Below, piece after piece: positions 39,632 through 50,000 of a stretch of DNA of 64,000 nt (positions within the stretch are counted from its first letter, which is position 1; every line of letters begins with the position of its first letter). Below the pieces are notes generated by a model. The model saw nothing but the letters and a program-made list of their open reading frames with translations, was not told the DNA's origin and did not search any database. The position numbers and the translations under genes were made by a program. The stretch is from an uncultured Gammaproteobacteria bacterium. Lineage in GTDB: Bacteria; Pseudomonadota; Gammaproteobacteria; Steroidobacterales; BM003. The stretch is from positions 324,715 through 388,714 of the forward strand of contig CAWAOM010000006.1 in the NCBI GenBank assembly GCA_963783695.1, read 5' to 3'.

Positions 39632-40522
39632 GTGCTGCAACACTGGATCGCTGCGATACGGCCACGCACGCTGCCGGTCGCAGTGGCCCCGGTTATCGTC
39701 GGCACCTGCATCGCATGGGCCGACGGCTATGCGTTGTCGCTGGCGGTGATGCTCGTGGCGATGGTCGCGGCGACAATGATCCAGATAGGCACCAACCTGC
39801 ACAATGATGTCGCCGACTTCGAACGCGGCGGCGACGATCCAGCGACCCGCCTTGGACCGCGGCGTGCGACCGCCGAGGGGTGGTTGACAGCGACTGCCGT
39901 GCAAGCCGCCGCACGTCTGAGTTTCGCGGCGGCCGCACTGTGCGGGGCCGGCCTGGTTTTCGTTGGCGGCTGGCCAATTCTGATTGTCGGCATACTTTCG
40001 ATCGTGGCGGGATTTTCCTATAGCGGTGGCCCGCGCCCGATTTCCTACACGCCGTTGGGCGAACTTTTCGTGTGGTTGTTTTTCGGCGTCGTCGCGGTAG
40101 CTGGCAGCTACTACCTCCAGGCCATGCATCTGGCACCGCGCCCTGTCATTGCCGGCGCGGTTCTGGGACTTCCCGCCGCGGCGGTTCTGGCGGTCAACAA
40201 CTACCGCGATCTCGATAACGACCGGAATGTCGGGCGATCGACGTTTGCGGTGGTATTCGGGCGCAACGCCAGTCGTGTCGAATATGCCCTGCTGATGTTG
40301 CTTCCGTTCGCCGCGGTGCCGTCGCTGGCGACACCGTCAACGGTCTGGGGGTGGCTTCCCTTCGCCGCCCTGCCGTGGGCACTGCTACTGGTGTGGCGAT
40401 TCTGCGTCGATGAACCGGGACCGCGCTTCAACGTCCTGCTTGCCAGCACCGCAAAGTTCCAGCTGGCATTGAGTGCGCTGGTTGGCATTGCCGTCACGGG
40501 CGGAGCAAGTCCGGTTGCCTGA
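39632..40522 (+). CDS. menA: 1,4-dihydroxy-2-naphthoate polyprenyltransferase
   Basis: UbiA-family membrane protein with the NLHNDVADFERG Asp-rich motif. GTG start. Confidence 0.88.
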   Translation: MLQHWIAAIRPRTLPVAVAPVIVGTCIAWADGYALSLAVMLVAMVAATMIQIGTNLHNDVADFERGGDDPATRLGPRRATAEGWLTATAVQAAARLSFAAAALCGAGLVFVGGWPILIVGILSIVAGFSYSGGPRPISYTPLGELFVWLFFGVVAVAGSYYLQAMHLAPRPVIAGAVLGLPAAAVLAVNNYRDLDNDRNVGRSTFAVVFGRNASRVEYALLMLLPFAAVPSLATPSTVWGWLPFAALPWALLLVWRFCVDEPGPRFNVLLASTAKFQLALSALVGIAVTGGASPVA

Positions 40523-40532
40523 TCAACAGGCA

Positions 40533-41600
40533 GTGGTGCGCGACGCCACATGGCAGCCGTATGCTTTGGCATTACGCCGGCCGTGGACTTCGGCGCGCGG
40601 CACTACCTCGGAGCGCACCGGCTGGTTACTGCGGCTGCGTGACGACCATGGCCGACTCGGGTTTGGCGACTGCGCACCACTGCCAGGCGCAGGCACCGAA
40701 ACCCACGATGGCGCCCGCCAGATGCTCGAGCAGGCGGCGGCGGCAATGAGGGGAAAGCCGGTGACGACCGCCCTCGAGTCGTTACCGACAGCACCGTCCG
40801 CAACCCCTGCGGTTCGCTGCGCATGTGAAACAGCTCTGCTTGACCTCCAGGCTCGTGCGCACAATTTGCCGTTGCATCAACTGCTTGCGCGCGGCAGCAG
40901 TCCCGGTGTGCGGGTCAACGCGATGATAGGCGCGTATCGCGACTGGCCCGAACTCGCCCAGCGTGCGGTCGACGCCGGGTTCGACGTATTGAAACTAAAA
41001 ATCGGTACCGTCGCACCGGCAACGGAACTGACCGCATTGCACTCGCTGATGGCACAGCTTCCGCTGAACATCCGGCTGCGGCTCGATGTCAATCGCGGGT
41101 GGTCGCTCGCTACCGCAAGATCGATTCTGCCCGCCCTCGATGACTCCCGAATCGAGGCCGTCGAGGAACCGGCCTCTGACGCGAGCGGCGCGCAGTTGCG
41201 CGCGCTCCAGGCAGCAGTACCGTTTGCCATTGCACTGGATGAGTCGCTGCATCGGGGCGGCATCGGAGCGCTGCCAGTTAGACGCCAGGTACTTAAGCCC
41301 ATGGCCGTGGGCGGTCTGCTGCCGATCATTGCGCTTGCTGCCGATAACGAGCACGAGACAGTCGTCACCACCAGCGTCGACTCGGCGATCGGCGTGCGCG
41401 CCGCGTGTCATGTCGCGGCGGCACTCGACAACGGCCTTGCTCATGGCCTCGCGACCAGCGACTGGCTGCACACCGACTTCGCACCGCCGTTGCCGATCGC
41501 CCGCGGTCTGCTGCATCTCCCCGCCAGCGCCGGGCTCGGGCTTGACCCCGGCCCCGTGCCAGCCCCTTCAGGTTCGCTTGTCACGGGCAAGGCGCCGTAG
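40533..41600 (+). CDS. menC: o-succinylbenzoate synthase (enolase superfamily)
   Basis: LKLKIG and LRLDVNRGW metal-ligand blocks, plus context between menA and menE. The start is uncertain: GTG 40533/40536, or an upstream start at 40473 overlapping menA. Confidence 0.72.
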   Translation: MVRDATWQPYALALRRPWTSARGTTSERTGWLLRLRDDHGRLGFGDCAPLPGAGTETHDGARQMLEQAAAAMRGKPVTTALESLPTAPSATPAVRCACETALLDLQARAHNLPLHQLLARGSSPGVRVNAMIGAYRDWPELAQRAVDAGFDVLKLKIGTVAPATELTALHSLMAQLPLNIRLRLDVNRGWSLATARSILPALDDSRIEAVEEPASDASGAQLRALQAAVPFAIALDESLHRGGIGALPVRRQVLKPMAVGGLLPIIALAADNEHETVVTTSVDSAIGVRAACHVAAALDNGLAHGLATSDWLHTDFAPPLPIARGLLHLPASAGLGLDPGPVPAPSGSLVTGKAP

Positions 41601-42998
41601 AATCTCGCGCTCCAGCTTACCGCCGCTGTTTCGTGGCAGAACCGGCAAACGCATAAAGCGGCGCGGCCGTTGCGACGATTCAACATGGTCACGGCACCAT
41701 TGTTCGACACCCGACTCGTCAATGTCGCCACAGAAAACCGCTACCAGCAAGTCTCCCCAGCGCGGGTCGTCGACAGCCGTCACTGCGACATCCGCAATAC
41801 CGGGGCATCGCCCGAGCAATCGCTCCAGACTTGCCGGATGCAGATTGAGACCACCGCTGATCAGTACATCGTCGGCTCGCCCAAGAATGTGCAAATTGCC
41901 GCGGTTGTCTATCCGCCCGAGATCACCGCTGACAAAGACGCCATCGATGTTTGCTAGCGCACCCGACGGTTGCAGGTAGCCATCCATCACGACCGGACCC
42001 TCTACGCGCACGGGACCCGTTCCTTCCACTGCAACTCCCGTTTCGTGGTCGACGGCGATACGGACACCTCGCAGCGGCCGGCCTACACGGCCGGCTTCCC
42101 AGCCTGCCGCAACCGCTTCGCAAGTTACATGGGAACCGGTTTCGGTCATGCCATAGGCCACCCACAACGGCCACCCGGCGGCGCGCGCGCGCTGCGCGAC
42201 AACCGGATGCAGCGTGGCACCGCCGATAAGCACGCAACGAAGCCGCGGTGGCGGAGTCAGGCCGGCGGCGCAATCCAGAATCTGGTCCAACATCGCGGGC
42301 ACCAGCGACAGATGGGAAACCTCCTCCGCCATTACGGCCGCGACAATGCGATGCGCATCGAAGCCCTCATGCAACAGCGCACACGCGCCGGCAAGAGCGC
42401 AGCGCGACAGGACCGCGAGCCCGCCAATATGCTGTAACGAAATCGGTGTCAGCCAGACATCGCCCGCCCCGAGCCCGGTCGCGGCGTTGCTGGCACGCGC
42501 ATGGGCAAGAATCGCGGCTTGCGACAGCCGCGCGATCCGGGCGGGCCCTTCGGTTCCACTACTCGCAACCAGCCAGCCGCCCGGGGCGACCGCTCGCCTC
42601 GCGCCAACCTCCTGATCACTCTCGCCCGCATCGTCCAGCCAGCTGGATGGCAGCGTCAGCCATGGCCCACTGATGTCACTGCGCTCGGCGAGAAGCAGCG
42701 CCGGAGCAATGGTACGGAGAACGGCCTCGAGATCGCCGCGATCGGGGTCGAGTATCGCGACGTCACGACCGCCGGCAGCGCCGAGCCAGAGCGTTAGCGC
42801 GCGCAGCAGCGGGTCCCGCGAGATAATCGCGACAGGGCCGTTTTGCAGTCCCTCGGTCGCGACAAGCCTGCCAGCGAGCGTGCGCATGCGAAGACGCAGA
42901 TCGGCATAGCAAAGAGTATGTCGACCGTCGCCCAACGCAGCGGCGCGGGGCGCGGCCGCCTCGATCAGCCGTGCCAGAGCATCAGCTTCAATCCGCAT
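41568..42998 (-). CDS. menE: o-succinylbenzoate-CoA ligase (AMP-binding enzyme)
   Basis: Adenylate-forming motifs (SSGTEGPAR, YGMTETGS, GDLG, SGGKLER) in men-cluster context. Its 3' end overlaps the menC 3' end by 33 nt, convergently. Confidence 0.75.
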   Translation of the reverse strand: MRIEADALARLIEAAAPRAAALGDGRHTLCYADLRLRMRTLAGRLVATEGLQNGPVAIISRDPLLRALTLWLGAAGGRDVAILDPDRGDLEAVLRTIAPALLLAERSDISGPWLTLPSSWLDDAGESDQEVGARRAVAPGGWLVASSGTEGPARIARLSQAAILAHARASNAATGLGAGDVWLTPISLQHIGGLAVLSRCALAGACALLHEGFDAHRIVAAVMAEEVSHLSLVPAMLDQILDCAAGLTPPPRLRCVLIGGATLHPVVAQRARAAGWPLWVAYGMTETGSHVTCEAVAAGWEAGRVGRPLRGVRIAVDHETGVAVEGTGPVRVEGPVVMDGYLQPSGALANIDGVFVSGDLGRIDNRGNLHILGRADDVLISGGLNLHPASLERLLGRCPGIADVAVTAVDDPRWGDLLVAVFCGDIDESGVEQWCRDHVESSQRPRRFMRLPVLPRNSGGKLEREILRRLARDKRT

Positions 42999-43719
42999 CG
43001 CCCGGTCGCGAACCGATATGAAGACACGCGATGCCGAAACTGTAATTGCGGTAATGGACTGCAGTAAAACGCTGCGCCTCGAGCAGTCCTTTCATTTCTT
43101 CCTGGTCGGGAAAGCGCCGGATCGACTCGATGAGATAGTGATAGGCATCGGGATGACGTGCAACCATCGCCCCGAGACGCGGGATCACATGGCGGTTGTA
43201 GGCATCGTAAAAAGGCCGCAACGGTGCCGCCGGAGTCGAAAACTCGAGACAAAGAAGACGTCCGCCCGGCTTCAGCACGCGCCAGATTTCCGCCAGCGCG
43301 GTGTTGATATCGGTGACATTGCGGATCCCGAACGAGATCGTCAGTGTATCGACGCAGGCATCGGGAAGCGGCATCGACTCGGCGGTGCCGGCCGACCAGT
43401 CCACCAGAGACTTACGACTGTCACGGCCGGCCCGCATCATCTCGAAGCTGGGGTCAATCACGATGACCCGCCGGTCGGCGCCCATCACCAGCCGCGCCAC
43501 GTCGCCGGTGCCGCCGGCAAGGTCCACGATTAACTGCCCCGGGCGCGGGTCCACGGCCCATGCGAGACTGCGCTTCCACAGCCTATGGATGCCGAAACTC
43601 ATCAGATCGTTCATCAGATCGTAACGATCGGCAACTCGCCGGAATACGCTGCGCACAAGCGCTTCGCGTTCGGGCGGGGCGACCTCTCGCTCGCCAAATG
43701 TATTGGACAAATTTGTCAC
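42988..43719 (-). CDS. ubiE: Demethylmenaquinone / 2-methoxy-6-polyprenyl-1,4-benzoquinol methyltransferase
   Basis: VADRYDLMNDLMSFGIHRLWK and VDLAGGTGD SAM motif. Confidence 0.92.
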   Translation of the reverse strand: MTNLSNTFGEREVAPPEREALVRSVFRRVADRYDLMNDLMSFGIHRLWKRSLAWAVDPRPGQLIVDLAGGTGDVARLVMGADRRVIVIDPSFEMMRAGRDSRKSLVDWSAGTAESMPLPDACVDTLTISFGIRNVTDINTALAEIWRVLKPGGRLLCLEFSTPAAPLRPFYDAYNRHVIPRLGAMVARHPDAYHYLIESIRRFPDQEEMKGLLEAQRFTAVHYRNYSFGIACLHIGSRPGDAD

Positions 43720-43812
43720 GCAGCACCTCCGCAGCGGGTAAGTTTACAATAGGAACCAGTCGCGGCACCCTCAGTGTGCGTCCGGTTACGCCGCGCGGAC
43801 GAAACCACCCCT

Positions 43813-44193
43813 ATGAAAACGACGATGTACTACGACAGTGGCTGCCCGGTCTGCATGCGCGGCGTCCGCCACTACCGGCGCATCGACTGGGCGCGGCGGC
43901 TGACGTGGACTGACCTGATGGCCGAACCGGAGGCGCTTGCGGCAGAGGGCATTTCATTCGCTGACGCGATGGAACATCTCCATGTGCGTGACCGCCGTGG
44001 TCGTCTCCACGCAGGTGGCTATGCTTTTCTGGCGTTGTGGGACGAATTACCCGGCTACCGCCGAATCGCCTGGTTGATCAGAACACTGCGCTTGTCAGCA
44101 CCGTTCGACCACGCTTATCGGCGCATCAGCCGCGGCCGCTATCTGAAGCGCTGCGAGTCCGGCATCTGCTTTGTCGAGGGCAGAAAGTCGTGA
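43813..44193 (+). CDS. DCC-family thiol-disulfide oxidoreductase (DUF393)
   Basis: MYYDSGCPVC N-terminal CxxC motif and about 126 aa size. Confidence 0.75.
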   Translation: MKTTMYYDSGCPVCMRGVRHYRRIDWARRLTWTDLMAEPEALAAEGISFADAMEHLHVRDRRGRLHAGGYAFLALWDELPGYRRIAWLIRTLRLSAPFDHAYRRISRGRYLKRCESGICFVEGRKS

Positions 44194-44236
44194 GGCGGGC
44201 GCGATGTCGCCTGTGGTCGCGCCCGCCCGCCATCTA

Positions 44237-46033
44237 TCAGGCCGCCTTGGCCGCCACCGCCACCGGCAACAACAGCTTCGATATCCGCTTCGACAACGAA
44301 TAGATTCGTTTTAGCGCATCAATGATCTCGTCTTCGATCCGGAACGCCCGGATCAGCTCCGGATCCGCGGGTGACACCCGCTCCGCCTGGTAGTTGAGTG
44401 CATCATCAATCAACCCATTGATCTCGCCTTTCATATTGATCACATTGTTCGCACGGTTCGCGTCGAGTTCGGCGATTGCGGTTATTGCTTCCTGGACCGA
44501 ATCGCAAACACGCCGGTAGAGCGCATCCAGCGTATGGCGCGTCGTGTCGCTGGCTCTAAGATCTTGCGCAATCAAAGTCCGCCCGATCGGAATGATTTCC
44601 GACTCGACCACTTCACCGATCCGCTCGACTTCATCCGCACCGCGCATCAGGCGCAGGAACGCATCGGTCTGCCCGTCGGTCAGTTCATGGCGCCGGACCT
44701 CACCGAGGTAGTCGATGATATGCGCATGCAATACGTCAACCTGGTCGCCGAGACGCTCGAGTGTCTCAAGCTCTTCGTTGCTGCGGTTGCGGATCGCCGG
44801 CCCAAACTGGTGCACCATTTGCATCGCAATCTCACCGAGATGTTGCACCTCCATGTGTGCCGCATTCAACGCAAGCGTCGGCGTATCCAGTAATGCCTCG
44901 TCGATGAACTTCGGTCGAATGATGTCTTTCGTTGGTTCCGGTCTGTCGGGAACGATCCGTTCCACCGCCTTTGCGAACCACCCGGCAAAGCCGATAAAGA
45001 GAAACGTATTGATCACATTGAACGTCGTGTGCGCATTGGCAATCTGCCGTGGTACCTCAGCGGCCATGCGTGCGGCACCCTCCAGCTGCGGCGACGACGG
45101 CGAAATATCGACGACTATCCCGGCCAACAGACCGATAAATGGTATCCAGATCAACACGCCAAGCACATTGAACAACACATGCGCGGCCGCGGCTCTGCGT
45201 GCGGCGACCGGTTTACCGATCGCCGCCAGCACCGCCGTCATGCAGGTGCCGATGTTGGCACCAAGCGCGAGCGCAATACCCGCTGGCAGCGACAACAGCC
45301 CTTCGGCAGCCATCACGATCGCGATGCCCGTAGTCGCCGCGGACGATTGTACGAGTGCGGTGAAGCCGGCGCCCACGAGGATGCCGAGCACCGGATTTTC
45401 CATTTTCGCCATCAGGTCAAGGAAGGGCTGATAGCTGCGCAGCGGATACATGCCTTCGCTCATAATGCCCATCCCGCCAAACAGCAGACCCAGGCCGAAC
45501 AACATTTCACCGGAATGCTTCATGCGATCGGATTTGCCGAAGAAGATCATCGCAAACCCAATCGTGACCGGGATCAACGCGTACTGGGTGATGTTGAAAG
45601 CGACGATCTGCGCGGTCATCGTGCTGCCGATATTCGCGCCCATGATTACGCCGATGGATTGCTGCAATGTCATAATCCCGGCGGTAATAAAGCTGACCAC
45701 GAGCACCGTGGTCACCGAAGAGGAATTCAACACAGCCGTGACGATGGCGCCGGTCAGCGCGCCGAGAAAACGGTTGCGGGTCATTCCGCCAAGAAGACTC
45801 GCCATTCGTTGCCCTGCAACCGCTTTCAGCCCCTCAGACATCTGGTCGATGCCGAAGAGAAAAAGCGCCAACCCTCCGAACAGACTCATCAGCAGCGTGA
45901 ACCAGTCGATACCCGCTGTTTCGCCGGTCTCGGCGGCTATCGCGGTTGCGGTTACCAGGCCAACGGCGAGAACCCAGAACGCCCGCCCGGCCCTGAACCG
46001 TGAAAATCTGGTGGCGATACGACTCATTATCAT
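44237..46033 (-). CDS. Na+/phosphate cotransporter family protein with C-terminal PhoU-like domains
   Basis: LFLFGIDQMSEGLK and SSSATTGIAI repeat motifs of NptA/YjbB. The start ATG 46033 is preceded by TAAGGAG. Confidence 0.85.
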   Translation of the reverse strand: MIMSRIATRFSRFRAGRAFWVLAVGLVTATAIAAETGETAGIDWFTLLMSLFGGLALFLFGIDQMSEGLKAVAGQRMASLLGGMTRNRFLGALTGAIVTAVLNSSSVTTVLVVSFITAGIMTLQQSIGVIMGANIGSTMTAQIVAFNITQYALIPVTIGFAMIFFGKSDRMKHSGEMLFGLGLLFGGMGIMSEGMYPLRSYQPFLDLMAKMENPVLGILVGAGFTALVQSSAATTGIAIVMAAEGLLSLPAGIALALGANIGTCMTAVLAAIGKPVAARRAAAAHVLFNVLGVLIWIPFIGLLAGIVVDISPSSPQLEGAARMAAEVPRQIANAHTTFNVINTFLFIGFAGWFAKAVERIVPDRPEPTKDIIRPKFIDEALLDTPTLALNAAHMEVQHLGEIAMQMVHQFGPAIRNRSNEELETLERLGDQVDVLHAHIIDYLGEVRRHELTDGQTDAFLRLMRGADEVERIGEVVESEIIPIGRTLIAQDLRASDTTRHTLDALYRRVCDSVQEAITAIAELDANRANNVINMKGEINGLIDDALNYQAERVSPADPELIRAFRIEDEIIDALKRIYSLSKRISKLLLPVAVAAKAA

Positions 46034-46462
46034 CAGCTCCTTACGTCTCCTGCCGGCCAGCAGCGGAGCGCACTGGTAACGGCGAAATCTACGCCCGATA
46101 GCGGCGCGCGAATACTGCCGCCCATTGTAAGCTCGAAGTGGCGCTACGGGCGCGGGCAAACGCGCTGAATTTATGCGTCGCGGCCGCGGTGCTAACGAGA
46201 GACGGGGGCAAATTGCGGTGCGGAGCCGTCGCACGGTCATCTCAAGCGCCACGATCACGATCCCGCAAATGGCTCCGGTCGACTCGACCGCCAGGAGTCA
46301 GCCAAGAATTGCGCGGCGAGGCTCTTCATCTGCGCGCGTGGCAGACGCGGTGACTACACGTACGCGGATTCGCCGTGAATACGATCACTTTCACAGGACG
46401 ATACTGTGGCAGCGGACAAAGCGGCGTCGATGATATGATCGGCGCCACCTGGCATCCACCGA

Positions 46463-48154
46463 TTGGGGTACGCGCAATTGAAACGTTTTCTCCTGCTGTC
46501 TGCTCTGGCTTTGAGCATTGCCGGCTGTGGCAAGCCGGCGGATAAATCTTCGTCGCAAGCCACCTTGCCCCCGGCCGTGGATGTCATTGACGCCGGCCTC
46601 GCCGCGATCAAGCGTGACAACCTCGAAGCTCATCTGAAATTTCTCGCCGACGATGCCCGCAAAGGCAGAATGAGCGGCGAGCCGGGCTACGATGAGGCAG
46701 CGGAATACGTCGCTGCCCGGTTCGAAGCGCTCGGATTGGAACCGGGCGGACGCGACGGCTGGTTTCAGCCGGTGCCATTACTGACCCGGCGCCTCGACAT
46801 CGAAAGCGCTGCGGTTACCGTCCACGGCGATCTTGGCGACGGTGATCTCGAGTGGAAAAAGGATTTCGTGATGGGTGGCGACCCGGTGCGCGACGAGACC
46901 AGCGTGCGGGCCGAGGTCGTCTATGCGGGCTTCGGTGTTCATGCGCCCGAACTCGGCTATTCCGACTACGATGGTGTCGATGTCGAGGGCAAAATCGTCG
47001 CGATTTTTGGCGGTGCACCGGCAACCTTCCCGCATAACGAGCGTGCGTTTTATTCGTCGGGCCGGACCAAACGCGACGAGATGGTGAAACGCGGCGCGGT
47101 CGGCTACATCTCGATGCGTTCGCGCATCGACCAGAAACGCCGTGAGTGGGAGGTGGTAACGCTGAATGCCGGTGTTACCGCCGGCATGTCGTGGATAAAC
47201 CTCTCCGGTCACGCCGCCGATCATCACCCCGAACTGGAGGGAAGCGCCGCAATCAGCGAGATGGTGGCTCCCGACATCTTCGAGCTCACGCCCATCAGTT
47301 TCGAAGACGCGCTCGATGCAGCTGACTCGGGCAAGCCCATGTCAACGCCCCTGGGGGTCGAGGTGACACTGCGCCAGAAAAGCGATCACAGTGAGGTTAC
47401 CAGCCCGAATGTCATCGGTATCATTCGCGGCAGCGATCCCGAACTTGCCGACGAATATGTCGTCTTTTCGGCGCATCTCGATCATATCGGCGTCGGCACC
47501 CCGGTAAATGGCGACGATATCTACAACGGCTTCTACGACAACGCCGTCGGCGTGTCGTTGCTGATCGAGGCGGCACGGGCGTTCACGACGATGGAGAAGC
47601 GGCCGCGGCGCTCGATCCTGATCATCGCGGTAACGGGCGAGGAGCGCGGCCTGCTGGGCTCGGACTACTTTGCGCAATATCCAACCGTGCCGTCGGATTC
47701 CATCGTTGCCAACGTCAATCTCGATATGCCGTTGCTGCTGTACCCGCTCGCGGACGTTATTGCGTTCGGCGCCCAACATTCCTCGCTCCAGGCGCCGATC
47801 GAGAAGGCTGTTGCGGTCGAGGGTCTCGCGCTGACGCCGGATCCGATGCCGGAGGAAGTGCTGTTCATCCGCAGCGACCAGTACTCGTTCGTGCGCCAGG
47901 GCATTCCGTCGGTGTTCCTGGTTCCGGGTTTCAACTCGACCGATCCGGACATCAACGGCCAGGCACTGTTCCGCGACCATCTCGCCAAGCATTATCACCG
48001 CCCGAGCGACGACCTGACCCGCCCGTTCGACTGGGATTCGGCGCTCAGGTTTGCCCGTGCGAATGTACGAATCGGCCAGGAGATTGCCGATGCCGACGCG
48101 CGCCCGACCTGGAACGAGGGTGACTTCTTCGGAGACAAATTCGGCAAACCCTGA
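46463..48154 (+). CDS. M28-family aminopeptidase lipoprotein with PA domain
   Basis: Lipobox LSIAGC. Zn-ligand blocks HLDHIG, DNAVGVS, GEERGLLGS, NLDM. Non-ATG (TTG) start. Confidence 0.82.
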   Translation: MGYAQLKRFLLLSALALSIAGCGKPADKSSSQATLPPAVDVIDAGLAAIKRDNLEAHLKFLADDARKGRMSGEPGYDEAAEYVAARFEALGLEPGGRDGWFQPVPLLTRRLDIESAAVTVHGDLGDGDLEWKKDFVMGGDPVRDETSVRAEVVYAGFGVHAPELGYSDYDGVDVEGKIVAIFGGAPATFPHNERAFYSSGRTKRDEMVKRGAVGYISMRSRIDQKRREWEVVTLNAGVTAGMSWINLSGHAADHHPELEGSAAISEMVAPDIFELTPISFEDALDAADSGKPMSTPLGVEVTLRQKSDHSEVTSPNVIGIIRGSDPELADEYVVFSAHLDHIGVGTPVNGDDIYNGFYDNAVGVSLLIEAARAFTTMEKRPRRSILIIAVTGEERGLLGSDYFAQYPTVPSDSIVANVNLDMPLLLYPLADVIAFGAQHSSLQAPIEKAVAVEGLALTPDPMPEEVLFIRSDQYSFVRQGIPSVFLVPGFNSTDPDINGQALFRDHLAKHYHRPSDDLTRPFDWDSALRFARANVRIGQEIADADARPTWNEGDFFGDKFGKP

Positions 48155-48177
48155 CTGCGGCTGGTAATCGCGGATCG

Positions 48178-48477
48178 ATGACGAAGCACAAACACAGCGT
48201 CACTCTGAAGGAAGCGCGGTCTGATAATGGCGAGGTCAGTCTGCTCGAAGCCTATATCGACGAAAATGGCGACCTCGTGCTCGCAGGCTACGATCTCGGC
48301 GAATCGGTCAGGGAGATATGGGGCGATTCCGATTACGAGTACTGGCGTCGGGTCAAGGCCGAGCATGTGCCGGAGGTACTGCTGCAGTTGCTGCAAGAGC
48401 GCTTCTCGGACGACTCGGAATTCCGCCAGTGGCTCGAAGCGAAAGGCATCGGTGCTGAGTTTCGTAGCTGGATCTGA
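48178..48477 (+). CDS. Hypothetical small acidic protein
   Basis: 99-aa ORF with coding-like G/C third positions. No family recognised. Confidence 0.45.
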   Translation: MTKHKHSVTLKEARSDNGEVSLLEAYIDENGDLVLAGYDLGESVREIWGDSDYEYWRRVKAEHVPEVLLQLLQERFSDDSEFRQWLEAKGIGAEFRSWI

Positions 48478-48589
48478 TCGGTCGCCGGGTAACCTGAATG
48501 CATGCTGGCGAGTCGAGTCGCCAGACGTGGGTCTTTTTTGCATCAATCTGCCCGCCGCGGACCAGAGCTTGCCAACGCCGCGACGAAAC

Positions 48590-49963
48590 TCAGGCGGTTG
48601 CTGCCTTTTGTGCCGTCCGCGGCAGACACAACCGCACGACGAGTCCCGGATTACCGTCGCCGAACTCCAGCCGAGCACCGTGCTGCTGTGCCACGGCCGC
48701 GACCAGGCTCAACCCGAGGCCGTTGCCTTTTTCGCCGCGGGCGCTATCAACACGGTAAAAACGCCGCGTCACCTTGCTCTTATGGGCATCGCCAATCCCC
48801 GGCCCCGTGTCGCGCACTTCGACCCTGCAGTCATCGCCATCAACGGCAACCGAAAGCCTGACCAAACCGCCCGGCGGCGTGTATTTGATGCCGTTATCCA
48901 CCAAATTGACCAGCGCCTGAAACAGCAAGTCGCGATCGCCGGCAACGGTAACCGGAACCAACTCCGCCTCCAGCGCAACATCCTTTTCTTCCGCCACGGC
49001 CTGGTACATTCCAACCACATCATCGGCAACCTGGTCGACTGACACGGCGGCCGCTTTGCGCCGTCCACGCGCCTCGATGCGGGCGATCCGCAACAGGGCA
49101 TTGAAGGTCTGCAATAGCTGGTCCGACTCGGCGATGCACTCCGCAACACCGGTCGAATCGAGTTCATTACCCGTACCCGGTTGCAGCATCTCGAGACGCG
49201 TTCGCAACCGGGTCAAGGGAGTACGCAGGTCATGCGCGATGTTGTCCGTGACATGACGCACGCCCTCCATCAACTCTTCGATTCGATCGAGCATCGCATT
49301 CAGCTGTTCGCTCAGTTTGTCGAATTCGTCGCCGCTACCGCGATCCGCGATACGACGGGAGAGATCGCCATTCATGATCTCGCGGCTGGTTTCGTTGATC
49401 GCCTCGATACGGCGATTGATGCGCCGACTCATCAGCAGCCCGCCCAGCAGGCCCAGCGCTACGCTAAGAGCGAGCCCCCAAATCAGCCCGCGCCGGATCA
49501 TCGCTTCGGTACGGACCAGATCGCGGATATCGCGGCCTACCAGCAGATGCAGACCATCGCGTAACACGAACAGGCGCGCGCGTGCCGGAACCTCGCCCGC
49601 CACAGTGTCCTGGCGCGGGAAATTCAGCCAACCGTCTTTATCCGCGACCAGCGGTGGCCACTGGTCGAGATTGCCGGCCAGCGGCTTGTAATCGGATGTT
49701 GCAAAAAGATAAATAGCGGAACCATCCGGATCGGCGCGCATCCGTTCACCGATAACCTGACCGAGACCGTTCAAACCACGCCTCCGGTACTGTTCCGCCA
49801 GGCCGAGAATCTCGGCTTCGATCGTCTCGTCGGTCTGGCGCGCCATGAAACCGGCCGTCATCCAGTAGATCAGCCCCAACAGCAACACCACGGAGCTCGC
49901 AAAGAGCACCATGTACAACGCCGCGAAGCGGAATGTCGAGGTGCGCCAGATCCGTGCCGGCAT
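48590..49963 (-). CDS. Sensor histidine kinase (2 TM, HAMP, HisKA, HATPase_c)
   Basis: H-box NIAHDLRTPLT, N-box LVNLVDNGIKYT, G-boxes DTGPGI and GLGLSLV. Start at ATG 49963, or GTG 49999. Confidence 0.88.
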   Translation of the reverse strand: MPARIWRTSTFRFAALYMVLFASSVVLLLGLIYWMTAGFMARQTDETIEAEILGLAEQYRRRGLNGLGQVIGERMRADPDGSAIYLFATSDYKPLAGNLDQWPPLVADKDGWLNFPRQDTVAGEVPARARLFVLRDGLHLLVGRDIRDLVRTEAMIRRGLIWGLALSVALGLLGGLLMSRRINRRIEAINETSREIMNGDLSRRIADRGSGDEFDKLSEQLNAMLDRIEELMEGVRHVTDNIAHDLRTPLTRLRTRLEMLQPGTGNELDSTGVAECIAESDQLLQTFNALLRIARIEARGRRKAAAVSVDQVADDVVGMYQAVAEEKDVALEAELVPVTVAGDRDLLFQALVNLVDNGIKYTPPGGLVRLSVAVDGDDCRVEVRDTGPGIGDAHKSKVTRRFYRVDSARGEKGNGLGLSLVAAVAQQHGARLEFGDGNPGLVVRLCLPRTAQKAATA

Positions 49964-50000
49964 GGGTTTGCCGTCATCCGGCGCGCCCGTCCCCGCCACC

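Noticed and set aside
38662-39665. N-terminal 330 residues of the 795-aa ORF 37278..39665
   Set aside because: This part runs antisense through menB, an unambiguous crotonase-fold enzyme. MenF homology only begins near 38530-38660, so the ORF was trimmed to a roughly 420-460 aa isochorismate synthase.
44715-46079. Plus-strand ORFs of 238, 324 and 209 aa
   Set aside because: They are antisense or off-frame to the Na/Pi cotransporter gene, which has clear family motifs and a strong SD at its start.
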